Positions 1 to 23,782 of a DNA stretch of 64,000 nt are shown here, piece after piece. The DNA is taken from assembly GCF_009914755.1 (NCBI RefSeq), contig NC_060929.1; one strand, given 5' to 3'. The stretch is from the human T2T-CHM13v2.0 reference genome, Homo sapiens. The stretch's first letter is position 1. Every line of letters begins with the position of its first letter. Both the position numbers and the translations under genes were made by a program. The notes below the pieces were generated by a model. It saw nothing but the letters and a program-made list of their open reading frames with translations, was not told the DNA's origin and did not search any database.

Positions 1-475
1 GGTTATGATGAATGATCTTTCTAATGTGTCGTTGAAATCGGTTTGCTAGCATTTTGTAAAGGATTTCTGCAACAACATTAATCAGTAATATGGCCTGTAG
101 TTTTTTTTTTTTTAATGTGTCTTTGTCTGCTTTAGCTATCAGGGTAATACTGGTCTTATAGAGTATGTTCTAAAGTGTTCCCTCCTCCTCTATTTTTTGG
201 AATAGTTTGAGTAGGATTGGTATTAGTTCTTTTTTAAATGTTTGGTAAAATTCAGCAGTGAAGCCATTGGGTCCCAGGCTTTTTTTTTCCCCCGCCCTGG
301 GAAACTTTTTATTACAGCTTTGATCCCATTAGTTCTTATTGGTCTGTTCCAGTTTTGGATTTCTTTACGGTTCAACCTTAGTAGGTTGCATGTGTCTAGG
401 AATTTATCCATTTCTTCTGAGTTTTCCAGTCCATGAGCCTATAGCTGCTCACAGTAGCTTCTAAAGATCCTTTGA

Positions 476-5456
<4,981 letters not shown>

Positions 5457-5534
5457 TAAGGCCAATAACTCTTAGATTTATACCTTTAAGGCTATTTTCT
5501 AGATCTTATAGGCATGCTTCATTGTTTTTTACTT

Positions 5535-5720
5535 ATAGACATGGTAGAGATCATTCAGTAGAGAAGGGAAGAAGGCCAGACAAAACCCTGAGGATCACCT
5601 ACATTCCCAAGATAGGCAGCAGAAGAGGTTCCTAGAAAAAGACTGAGATGAAATGGCCAAAGAAGTAGGATGGAACGCGAGAGAACATGACCTCACAGAA
5701 GTCCTGGAAAGGGAGCTTCA
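5535..5720 (-). mobile_element. L2-like fragment followed by an internally deleted Alu (5721-6011, +)
   Basis: GAAGAGG..GACTGAGA..TGGCCA..AGTAGGA..CACAGAAG pattern resembles antisense L2. Confidence 0.55.
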
Positions 5721-7029
5721 GGCCGGGTGTGGTGGCTCGTGCCTGTAATCCCAGCACTTTGGGAGGCCGAGGCGGGTGGATCACCTGAAGTCAGGAGTTC
5801 GAGACCAGCCTGGTCAACATGATGAAAGCCCATCTCTACTAAAAATATAAAAATTAGCCAGGCATGGTGGCAGGCACCTGTAATCCCAGCTACTTTCGGA
5901 GCCTGAGGCAGGAGAATCGCTTGAGGCTGCGAGCCAAGATTGCGCCACTGCACTCCAGCCTGGGTGACAGAGAGGGACTCCATCTCAAAGGAAAAACAAA
6001 AACAGAAACAAAGGACTCTGATGCGTTCTTGAGCATGTCAATTGCATTTTTCAGCTCCAGAATTTCTGCTTCATTCTTATACATTACTTCAATCTCTTTG
6101 TTAAATTTATCTGATCGAATTCTGAATTCCTTCCCTGTTTTATCTTGAATTTGTTTCCTCAAAACAGCTATTTTGAATTCTGTGTCTGAAAGGTCACGTA
6201 TTTCAGTTTCTCCAGGATTGGTCCCTGAGTGCCTTATTTAGTTTATTTGGTGAGGTCATGTTTTCCTGGATGATACTGATGCTTATGCTTGTTTGTCAGT
6301 GTCTGGGCATTGAAAGTTAGGTATACATTTCAGTCTTCACAGAGTGAGCTTGTTCATACCCATCCTTCTTGAGAAGACTTTCCAGGTATTTGAAAAGAAT
6401 TTGGTGTTGTGATCTAAGCATTATCTGCATAAAGGGGCACCCCAAGCTCAGTGACACTGTATTTCTTGCAGACTCATAGAAGTACTGCCTTGGTAGTTTA
6501 TATGGTTTGGATTTGTGTCCCCACCCAAATCTCATGTCAAATTGTAGTCCCTAGTGTTAGCAGTGGGACTCAGTGGGAGGTGATTGGATCATGGTGGCAG
6601 ATTTCCCAGTTGGTGCTGTTCTCATGATAGTAAGTTCTCACAAGATCTGGTTGTTTAAAAGTTTGCGGCACCACCCCCTTCTCTCTCTCTTCCTTCTCCT
6701 CTGACCATGTGAAGTGCTGGTTCCCCCTCTGCCTTCCACCATGATTGTATGTTTTCTGAGGCCTCCCCAGAAGTTGCTATGCTTCCTGTACAGCCTGTGT
6801 AACCACAAGCCAATTAAACCTCTTTTCTTGCTGGGCACGTTGGCTCACACCTGTAATCCCAACACTTTGGGAGGCTGAGGTAGGCCGACCATGAGGTCAG
6901 GAGTTTGAGACCAGCCTGACCAACATGGTAAAACCCCATCTCTACTAAAAATACAAAAATTATAGGGTGTGGTGGTGCGTGCCTATAATTCCAGCTACTC
7001 AGGAGGCTAAGCAGGAGAATCACTTGAAC

Positions 7030-8028
<999 letters not shown>

Positions 8029-8875
8029 TCACAAAACAAAACAAAACAAAACAAACAAAAAAGAGTTTTTCTGTGTTGAGCTGTCTGGATCTGGGGGTAT
8101 GGTGACACAAGCAGCCCTGCAACCACCACCACTGGGACTGCACTGGGTCAGACCTAAAGCTAGCACAGAAATGGGTCTTGCCCAAGGCACGCTGCAACCA
8201 CTGCCTGGCTACTGGCTATGTTCACTCAAGACTCTAGGGATCTACAATCAGCAGATAGCAAAGCCAGCCAGGCTTGTGTTTTTCCCTTCAGGGTGGTGAG
8301 TTGTCCCAGGCCCTGGGTGGGTCCAGAGATGCCATCCAGGAATTAGGGACCAGAGTCAAAAACCTTAGGGATCTACCTGGTCTTCTGTGGCTGAGCTGGC
8401 ACTCAAACAATGAGACACAGTTCTTCCCACTTGTCCCTTCTTGGGGAGCCTCACCCCATGGCCACCACCACCACAGGCCTGTGGGGAGTACTACTGCCGA
8501 TGTTTACTTAAGGCCCAAGGGCTCTTCAGTCAGCTTGTGGTGAATGCTGCCAGGACTGGTATCCATCATTCAGGGCAGTGGGCTCCCCTCTGGCCCAGGG
8601 CAGATCCAGAAATACCATCCAAGAGCCAAAACCTGGAACTGGGGACCCCAAGAGCTCGCTTGGTGCTTTACCTCACTGGGAGGGGAAGATAAAGTTCTTC
8701 CCCTCCCCAAACCTTTTGTTTGTTTGCTTGTTTTGAGATAGGGTCTCACTCCAACACCCAGATTGGAGTGTAGTGGTGCAATCATGGCTCACTGCAGCCT
8801 TGACCACCTGGGTTCAAGTGATCCTCCTGCCTCAGCCTCCTGAGTAGCTGGGACCACAGGTGCACACCACCATGT

Positions 8876-8911
<36 letters not shown>

Positions 8912-9840
8912 TAGAGACAAGGTTTCACCATGTTGCCCAGGCTGGTCTTGAACTCCTGGGCTCAGGTGATCTGCCCACCTCAGCCTCCCAGAGTATTAGT
9001 ATTAGAGGCGTGAGCAACCATGCCCAGCTGAGAAAGTTCCTTTTACTCTTCCCTCTTCTTTTCTTGAGCAGAAGTAGTCTCTCACCATAGCCACCACAGC
9101 TGGAAATATGCTGGGTCACACCTGAAGCCAGCACATCTCAGAGTGTTACCTAAGACCCATGGCATATGACCTGGGTATTGCTGCTGGTTATTCAGGGCCC
9201 AAGGGCTCTTTACTTAGCAGGAGATGGCTCCCGCTTGATCCATCCCTTCAGGGCAGTGGTTTCCCTTCTGGCCCAGTGTGTGTCTAGAAATCTTGTCTGG
9301 AAGCTAGGATTTGGAAAGGGGGCCTCAAGACTTTGCTGATGCCCTGTCCTACTGTGGCTTAGCTGGTATCCAAGTTGAAAGACAAAGTCCTCTTTCCTCT
9401 TTATTTCCTCTCCTCACATGAAAGGAAAAGATGTCTTTCAGAGGCATGAGCTATGCTGCCCGGGGTTGGGGGAGGGGTGGCACAACCCCTTAGCCACTTC
9501 TGCTGGTATCTCAGTGGGTTGCATTCCCCTTAAGTCCACTGGATCTGGGCCCAGCGCAACACTAGGACTTGCCTAGGAGTGGCAGTCCTCATGGCCTAGA
9601 CTGCCCCTCAAGTTTATTTAGGGCCCCAGAGCACTTTACTCCGTGACGGTGACACTTGCTAAAACTCAGGTTCCAGCTGCTGGGGTGGGTGATACCCCTC
9701 TGGCTAGGACTTGTCTAAATGCTCTCTCTGTGGATGTCAGCTGAATGCAGCCCAGTTTGCTTTTCCACTGTGACATGCCTGACCTATTGTTCTTTACTTA
9801 GAACAACAAAATACCAAGAGAAGTCAAGAAAGAGACTTTA

Positions 9841-10077
<237 letters not shown>

Positions 10078-10739
10078 TCACACCACTGCACTCCCATCTG
10101 GGCAACAGGGCAAGACTCCATCTCAAAAAATAAAATAAAAAAAATAAAATAGAATAAAAAACAAAAAGACTGTAAAAGAAAAGAAAAAAAATTATACTTT
10201 TGTGTCTTTAAGTATACGTTTTTCTTGCTTTTTGAAAAAGGAATCCCAACTTTCATTTTGCACTGGGCCTCCTAAATGATATAGACTGTGTTGCCTTGAA
10301 TGGAAGCTTTCAAACAAATTGTGTTTTTAGGAAAGAGAGGAGCAATGAGGAAAATAGGGAGATGGGTAGGGCAGGGACCTGGGGGTCCTCTTAACCTTAT
10401 AGACCTCATAGTGTCCTGGCTGCCAAAGGGACACATCCTGATGTAGGAGAGTTAGAGAGCACAGGAAGAGGCAAGGAATGACAGGGGATAGTCAGCAGGG
10501 CAGTTTGATATTTAAGGTTGTATTGTGTGCTGTTTCTTCCAGTGTCTTCTGACCAGGCCTACAAGATAATGGCTCCAAGTGGGACATCATGAGAAACTAA
10601 AAGAGTGGTTCAGAAAAGTCCTACAACACAAGGACTGTTATAAGTGTCAGGAAGCATGATCTAAGTTTAGGGCCTAATAACACTGCTAACAGTCGTATTG
10701 AAGCAGTTGTTAAAAGGACTATATAGAAAGAAATTATGT

Positions 10740-10994
10740 CCTTCCAGTCTTCATCCCTGGCTGAGTCCTCAGCAATGGTTAGCACCACGTTATCAGCCAT
10801 GTGAGTGAGCCATCATGGAGTGGATCTTTCAGCTTCCAGCTGAGTTCCTCCAGTTGACACTAACATGGAACAGACGTGAGCCTTCCCTGCTGAAACTTAC
10901 TCAGATTGCAGGCTTATGCATCAAGTAACTGATTGTTGCTTAAAGCCACTGAGTTTTAGCATGGTTCGTTATGAGGAAACAAATAACTAATACA
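10740..10994 (+). mobile_element. MLT1-type MaLR LTR, 3' part
   Basis: AGCCATGTGAGTGAGCCATC..AAGCCACTGAGTTTT..TAACTAATACA. Confidence 0.65.
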
Positions 10995-11069
10995 CTTCCC
11001 TGAATTCTACTGGGGGAAAGACAGACTTGATGTGACTCTGGGGTTCTAGCATTTCTACCTATGAAAGCT

Positions 11070-11600
11070 CAGTATAGTGGTTAGGCACATAGACCCTGGA
11101 GTTATACTATCAAGATTAATACTCCCCAGATCTACTACCTTCCAGATGTATGACTGTATGCAAGCCACTTATACTCTCTATATCTCAGTTTCTTCATCTG
11201 TAAAATAGGGATATAATGACAATAATATTTCACATTGTTGCCAAGGTTAAAGAAGATAACATCCGGCTGGGCGTGGTGGCTCACGCCTGTAATCCCAGCA
11301 CTTTGGGAGACTGAGGCAGGCGGATCACAAGGTCAGGAGTTCCAGACCAGCCTGACCAACATGGTGAAACCCCGTCTCTATTAAAAATACAAAAATTGCC
11401 TGGTGTGGTGGCTCACGCCTGTAATCCCAGGACGTTGGGAGGCCGAAGCGGGTGGATCACAAGGTCAGGCGATCGAGACCATCCTGGCTAACATGGTGAA
11501 ACTCCATCTCTACTAAAAAAAAAAAAGAAGAAGATAACATTCATAGCATATTTAGAACAGTATGTGGCACATAGTAGGCAGTGGTCTCTATATTATTATT
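11070..11600 (+). mobile_element. MIR split by an Alu left-arm dimer (11265-11527)
   Basis: MIR core CTCAGTTTCTTCATCTGTAAAATAGGG; TSD AAGAAGATAACAT on both sides of the Alu. Confidence 0.8.
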
Positions 11601-11920
11601 TTCAAAGCAAGGGTATCTTTATCATTTAAAATTATCCCTTATTTGTGATTTTACTCTCCCCAAAGTAGCTGGACTTGAGAAAATATTTTACTTTTTACAC
11701 ATTTAATAATGACCTCTGTCTTCAGACTCTGTGATCAGTCTACCTCTTTACATTCTACAAGACAATGTTTTACTTTATATATTATTATCAGAAAAAAAAT
11801 GAAAAAAATCTGCAGCACAAAAGTTATAGAGGCTGGGTGCAGTGCCTTGGCCTCCCAAAGTGCTGGGATTACAGGCGTGAGCCCCATGCCTGGCCTCCTT
11901 TTTTGTTTTAAGCCTTCTCA

Positions 11921-12580
<660 letters not shown>

Positions 12581-12891
12581 TTGTATTATTTTGTTAATTA
12601 TAACATTATAGATGAACTCTGGATTGTGGGAACACAGGACACAGGTATTAGTTTATGTTTTTTTCTGCACATTTCTGTATTTTAACATCTCTCAAAGTTA
12701 AAAAAAGTTAAAAATGTAATAAATTTAAATAATAAATTTAAAATCTGGGAAACATAAAATAGTGAAACAGTCACCTATAATTTCACAGCCTGGAGGTAAT
12801 TAATAGTAAAATGTCAGTATCAACTTAATATTGAAGGGAAAATGTACTGATCTTCCAGAGATTATATGAAGATTGAGACAGCGGCATCTGA

Positions 12892-13622
<731 letters not shown>

Positions 13623-13936
13623 GGGCATGTGAAAAAAAGCGATATCAGATCCTTCAAATTAAGTCAGGTGTCACAATGGGATACTTAGCACAGAGGCAGA
13701 AGAGTAAAATTATAAACAAATCAGAACATTACAGCACAAAAGTAATAATATACAGCACACTTTTAATTTCATACAAATATGTTTCAGAATTTTGCCATTT
13801 GAATCGACAAAACCATTCATTTTATAAAATACCCACTCGCTAAACAATTTAACTTTTCCTTCAGGTGTATAGGTGGCAGAATACTTTTTGTAAATTTATT
13901 TCTTCACCCACTTTATTAGTAATAAAGTTATCTCTT

Positions 13937-14706
13937 GGGAGGCAGAGCAAGATGGGTGAACAGAAGCTTCCATTGATCTCTTCCCCATAGGAATACCAAC
14001 TTCTACATTAGCAGTAGCCTGGCAGTACTCACCCTGTGCTTGTGGTAGTTATGGACATGGCAAGAGACCCCCATGCCTAGGGAAAGAGGAAGGATGCATA
14101 GGAAGGACTTTCTCTTGGGCCTTGGATGCCAGCTCAGCCATAGTAGAGCAAAGCATCAGGTAGATTCCTAAACTTCCTTCCTGAAGTTTCTAACTTCAGG
14201 CTCTAGCTCCCAGATGGCATCTCTGAACCCATCCAGGGACTGGGACAATTTGTTGCCCTGAAGTGAAGGACACAAGCCTGGCTGGCTTTGCTATCTGCTG
14301 ATTGTAGAGCCCTGGGGTCTTGAGCGAACACGGCCAGTAGCCAGATAGTGGTTACAGCCTGCCTTGGGCAAGACCCAGTATTGTGCTAGCTTTAGGTCTG
14401 ACCCAGTACAGTCCCAGTGGTGGTGGCTGCAGGGCTGCTTGTGTTACCCCAACCCCAGCTCCAGGCAGCTCAGCAAAGAGAGAGAAACTCTTTGTTCAGG
14501 GGAAAGTAAGGGGAGAGAACAAGAGTTTCTGCCTGGTAATCCAGAGAATTTTCAAAGATCTTATTCAAGATCACCAAGGGGGTACCTCTACAAGTCTGCA
14601 AGGATGACAGCATTACTGGGCTTGGGGTGTCCCCTAATATAGATATAGCTGCAATGACCAGAAACTTAGATAGTAATACCCAAGTCCCTTCAAATACCTG
14701 GAGAGA
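13937..14706 (+). mobile_element. L1M 5'UTR-only fragment, followed by two Alus (14707-15278)
   Basis: Begins GGGAGGCAGAGCAAGATGG (L1 5' start); 14360-14700 is an inverted homologue of the - strand L1 (shared translation [21 protein letters not shown]). Confidence 0.75.
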
Positions 14707-15085
14707 GTCCAGGCGTGGTGACTCACACCTGTAATCCCAGCACCTTGGGAGGCCGAAGTAGGTGGATCCCTTGAGCCCAGGAGTTTGAGACCAGCCTAGG
14801 CAACAAAGAAAGACCCTGTCTCTACCAAAAAATTTAAAAATGAGCTGGAGCATCTTTTAAGCCTCAGAGATCCAGGCTGCAGTGAACAGTGTTCATGCCA
14901 CTGCACTCCAGCCTGGGTGACAGAAGGAGACCCTGTCTCAAGAAAAAGAAAGAAAGAAAGAAAAAAGGTCCAGGCATGGTGGCTCATGCCTGTAATCCGA
15001 GCACTCTGAGAGGCCAAGGTGGGCAGATCACCTGAGGTCAGGAGTTTGAGACCAGCCTGACCAACGTGGAGAAACCCCGTCTCTA

Positions 15086-15247
<162 letters not shown>

Positions 15248-16103
15248 TCAAAAAAAAAGAAAAGAAAAGAAAGGAAAAGTACACATATCCATGAAAACTG
15301 AAATTGGCGATCATAAATGTGGAATAAGGCCAATCAGCATGATTCTGGGATTTTTCTATAGAAAAACCCCCAAATGTAGAGAGATAATCCTCTGAAAACA
15401 AAACCATTATTAAGGAAATGGTTGAGAACAGTCATTTATAATAATGAGTATGTGACAGACTAGGGAGTTTTAGAACATCCAAATTCAGTCAAGATTTGGT
15501 TATGATGAGATGATAATCAGATTTAGTGATCTTCTCAATTCATTAGCATTTCTAAAAGAAAAATACTGTAAAGAGAGTTCTCATCAGCCTAGGAATTCCC
15601 CTGAAGTGAGGAAAGGTAAGGGGAAGGGATAAGCAGGAACTGAGACAGCCGGAGAGAAGTGGGAATGGATGACCTCACAGACCTACCCAATGCTGAGCGG
15701 TAGAATCTTCCCCTGAGGGTAATCTGGGAATTTGTGAGGGTGTTTTTGATTGTTTCAAAGATAGGGAATCTAAATTTAGTCAACTTTGTTTAATATATAA
15801 ACACTAAGTGTTTCTGGCATGCCTTAAATGTACACTAATTTTCTAAGAAGGCAACTACTGAATAAACTGAAGAATCGTACGTCCTTTTATGGGAAACTTT
15901 ACCAAGAAACATTCAGAGCTTCAGAAAATAATACCAGTAGGCTGAGGCAGGAGGATCACCTGAGGTCAGGAGTTCAAGACCAGCCTGGCCAACTTGGTGA
16001 AATCCCATGTTTACTAAAAATACAAAAACTAGCTGGGCATGGTGGTATGCGCCTGTAATCCCAGCTACTCGGGAGGCTGAGGTGGGAGAATCACTTGAAC
16101 CTG

Positions 16104-16635
16104 TGTTAGAAATAGATAATGAGTGCTGCGAAGAAAAGTCAGCACAGAGACAAAAGATCTCTCAGCAAGGCAATTTTTACATTCTGCAGAAAGGGTACAC
16201 CTGCCAGCAGTCTTGCCACAAGAGTACACCGAACAAAGGAAAAGCAGACATATTTATCCCTTACGCATATGGCTTATCCTTATTGCTGTGTCCTGCATCC
16301 GTTGGCTGGAGCCCAACCTCACAGTCTAAACTGATAACCGATTTGCTAACAACCTAAAACTTTTTTAAATAGGTAAAGGCAAGGGAGAACAAAGGAAAGG
16401 AAGAAGTTGCTTACGAAAGATTTAAAGAAGCAATAACAATTTCAAATAAAGAAGGGGCACAGGCTGTGAGCATGTCCAACAGCTGCATAGGATAGGGCTT
16501 AACAAAGAGTTATTAACACAAAGCAAGGAGGCTTGAAGAAAGTTAGTCTTTAAAAGAAACTATTATTTCTAACACTTATGATTTATTCTTTAACAAGAAG
16601 GGAAACTTTGAAGAGGAAACTTTTTACTTTCTACA
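16104..16635 (-). mobile_element. Solo ERV LTR (~532 bp, probably LTR14C/HERV-K14C family) nested in a 5'-truncated Alu (15940-16727)
   Basis: - strand TGTAGAAAGTAAAAAGTTTCC...TTTCTAACA; CCTG duplicated at both junctions; Alu resumes exactly; Alu TSD AGAAAA(T/G)AATACCAGTA. Family from recall. Confidence 0.75.
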
Positions 16636-16979
16636 CCTGGGAGGCAGAGGCTGCACTGAGCTGAGATCGCACCACTGCATTTCAGCCTGGGCAACAAAAG
16701 CGAAACTTCATCTCAAAAAAAAAGAAAAGAATACCAGTAATAACATGTCAGCTAATTTTATCTAAGTCAGTACAATATACCTGCTTTTCTGCACTTGTAG
16801 CTTTTCAGTGATTCCACATATGTGTACAGACGTATGACCATCCCATTATGCATTCTAGTGAAACCATGACTAAACATTTACACATTGAACTGTGTGTTTT
16901 ATCAATTACTTCCAGTTTATTTACTATAGTAAATTAATGAACACAAAATGTTAATTATTGAAAGAAAAGGGAGGTGTTA

Positions 16980-17324
<345 letters not shown>

Positions 17325-17869
17325 TCACTTTTGGACCAATAGACCCCTTTCAGGATAGAATGAAAATTAGTAACAATCCCATCTACACGTAAGCAGAAAC
17401 CTTTGCATAAACAGTCTGTGCTTTATTATATGCAAGTGAGCCCACTCTTGGGGATAGTTGGAAGATGGGGTAATGAAGGAAGGCATGTAAATAGTTTGAT
17501 AACAGAAAACTATTTCACTCTTTCTCAGTTTGTACATTTAAATCCTTTCTCTACAATGGTTCTTGTCTGTCCCAGGACAAAATCTTAAGCATGTTTTGTA
17601 GTTTTTTTACTGTCAATTTTAGACAAGAAAAAGGCCAGTCCAGTTGAATAGTCCACATTCCAAACTGTCACCAATTCAAGTTCTCCTTCCGTCAAGCTCA
17701 AATATATTTCATGTTTTATTGTTTGGAAGGGAGGAAGCAGAAATAAAGAACAGAAAGGTCTTATACAGTTATAATCTGGTATTGGTGTCCTCTAGATTGA
17801 ACGGATGTTAAATGCTGGTTTTTTCCCATAGAGAGTTTCTCTAGATACTCTCCCACTTTGAGAATTTCT

Positions 17870-18032
17870 TTGTAGAGATAAAGTCTCACTATGTTACCCA
17901 GGCTGGAGTGTAGTGGCTATTCATAGATGGGATCCTGGTGCTCTACAGCCTCGAATTCCTGAGCTCAAGGGATATTCCTGCCTCAACCTCCCAAGTAGCT
18001 GTGGTGTCCCGGGTGTAGGACACCACACCCAA
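17870..18032 (-). mobile_element. FAM (fossil Alu monomer, 7SL-derived)
   Basis: 7SL-like GTGGCTATTCA segment; perfect 17-bp TSD CCACTTTGAGAATTTCT (17853-17869, 18033-18049). Confidence 0.75.
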
Positions 18033-18241
18033 CCACTTTGAGAATTTCTAATGTTAAAAACCTTTTTTTAGGCCGGCGCAGTGGCTTACCTGTAATCCCA
18101 GCACTTTGGGAGCCCAAGGTGGGCAGATCACGAGGTCAAGAGATTGAGACTATCCTGGCCAACATGGTGAAGCCCCATGTCTACTAAAAATACAAAAATT
18201 AGCTGGGCATGCTAGCGCATGCCTGTAGTCCCACCTACTCA

Positions 18242-18346
<105 letters not shown>

Positions 18347-18749
18347 TCAAAAACAAACAAAAAAACAAAAAAACTGTTTTTTATGTAAAGCAATGATTCC
18401 TCCAGCTGGCCATGTGTGGTCTTCCCTTGGCCCCTGGTTTCCAGGAGTTTCCAGTGACCCACCTCTCTGCTGGAGTCACCACATCCTTACAAGTGGTCTT
18501 CTTGGTGCAAATCCAGCTCCCTTACCCCAGTCCATATTTGGCTTTGGCTTATGAATAACTCACGCATCCTCTGCCCCACCAACCACTGGGTGCAGACCGT
18601 TCCCAACACAGTCCCCTCTCTTAGCTCTTTTGTCAGAAAAGCAGGTCAATACAGCCTTGCTGAGTCAGGTGCTGTGTGGCTTCCAAGCTTCAGGGGAAAA
18701 TGTGAACCTAGCTCACTTGTTCTTCTAAAGCCCTTTAAACAGGAGGCTT

Positions 18750-19111
<362 letters not shown>

Positions 19112-20293
19112 CTAAGCTCTAGCCTCCCCTTGCCCATTGCCCAGGGCATTTGGCTAGTGGGGAGAGCATCACCACACTAATACAGTGTGTGTTTGAGATT
19201 CATTTATTTCCTACTTAGAACCAAATTTTGACTTCTATAAACAGAGATGAGGCCATGGGTATCTTGCTCCTTGTTGCATCCTCAGCATTTAGCCCAGTCC
19301 CTAAGTCAGAGTAGGTTGTATATGACTAACTGTTTAATGGATGAATTACTATGCCATTAGTAACTAAGTTTTCTGCTTGTAAGTTAAAGCAAAAAACAAC
19401 ACAGAAAATTTTAAGTAATTTTTCTGTTTTCATTTTCTTTTTCTCATCCTCCAATTTTACTTTTTCATTCCAATTCTACTTTTCTCTTAACCTTTGATAC
19501 ACCAACTTTTTTTCCTCAAATTGTCTTTTTTCACCCATTCATTTTACACTTCTAGAAGTTTGGCTGGATTCACCTTTTGCAGTAGAAAAGAATGCTAACT
19601 GCAAGGAGACTTCCCAGAGTCTTCCTCAGATTGCCTTTCATTATGCTGACGTGAAAAGAGCTTCTGCTTTGGGTGATAGAGGAAAATTGGATAGGATAAA
19701 TTGCTTCCTTTTCAATTATATTCCACAAAAAGGATCCTGCTTTTAAGGGAAACTTATTTATAGACAGAGCCAGTGATTCTGATTCTTCTTTGGGCTAGCC
19801 ATGCTGTTGACACAAAAAGAAAAACACCAGAATTGTTACACTTACCTTATAGGTTGTTTCAGATGGCCAGTTTCTTTACCAAAAGCTGAAGGTCTTCCTC
19901 AATAGACTTTGGAGATCATGGATGAAAGAAAACACTGCATTGTATCAGTCAACTTACAGGACAAGGGCCCTGAATTCATAGGTGCTCCTTAGGATGAAAA
20001 TGACAGAAACCCAATACAAACTAGTAAAGAAGTAAAGAAAATGTATTTACTTCCATTACTGTGAAGTTCAGAGATGATCACTGCTTCAGGAAGGAAGGAC
20101 TACATTCAAAGACTAAAAAATATGTCAATGCTCTGATTATTTTTGTTTCTGAGAGCTACATGGCAGACAATAGAAATCCCAGATTTTGTCGACTGGTGAT
20201 CCCACATTTACAACCTCTCAGTTTTAGTAACCCCAGTAGAAAGAGAATGTCTTTATGAGAGCATCTCTGGCAAAGTCCTACACAAGGTTATAA

Positions 20294-22830
<2,537 letters not shown>

Positions 22831-23316
22831 GAGTGTAGATATTTTGTCAGTTTTATCTCTCAGGTGGTAGGAATTTGGAGGCAGGAACTATATCCTAATC
22901 ATTTGTGTATCCGCAACAGATAGCACAGCAACAACACTTAATATGAAATAAATCCAAAATGAACTGAGCTAGGATTCAAGCCTAGGTCTGTCTAACTCCA
23001 AAGCCCACACTCTTTCCACTGCTATGTGGAAACCAGATTAATCTGAGTCTATTAAAGTGAAAATAGTAGCATTTTAAGACAAACGGTAGGGTAGCATGGA
23101 TCATATCTAATTCATTGAGCAGTGGGTCGCTTGAGCCCAGGAGTTCGAGATCAGTCTGGGCAACATGGTGAAACCCAGTCTTTATAAAAAATACAAAAGT
23201 CACTCACAGCCTGGGAAACAGAGTGAGACCCTGTCTCAAAATAATAACAATAATAAAAAAGTTTAATTTTGAAGTACAGTAGGACCTTACTTCTAACATA
23301 TACTTTTGCTTGATTT

Positions 23317-23782
23317 CAAAACCACAATGAGATACCATCTCACACCAGTTAGAATGGTGATCATTACAAAGTCAGGAAACAACAGGTGCTGGAGAGGATG
23401 TGGAGAAATAGGAACACTTTTACACTATTGGTGGGACTGTAAACTAGTTCGACCATTGTGGAAGACAGTGTGGCGATTCCTCAAGGATCTAGAACTAGAA
23501 ATACCATTTGACCTAGCCATCCCATTACTGAGTATATACCCAAAGGATTATAAATCATGCTGCTATAAAGACACATGCACACATATGTTTACTGAGGCAC
23601 TATTCACAATAGCAAAGACTTGGAACCAAGCCAAATGTCCAACAATGATAGACTGGATTAAGAAAATGTGGCACATATACACCATGGAATACTATGCAGC
23701 CATAAAAAAGGATGAGTTCATGTCCTTTGTAGGGACATGGATGAAGCTGGAAACCATCATTCTCAGCAAACTATCGCAAGGA
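23317..23782 (+). mobile_element. Young L1PA ORF2 C-terminal fragment without 3'UTR or poly-A
   Basis: Open frame [49 protein letters not shown], close to L1 ORF2p; abuts an antisense AluJ (23783-24090). Confidence 0.9.
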
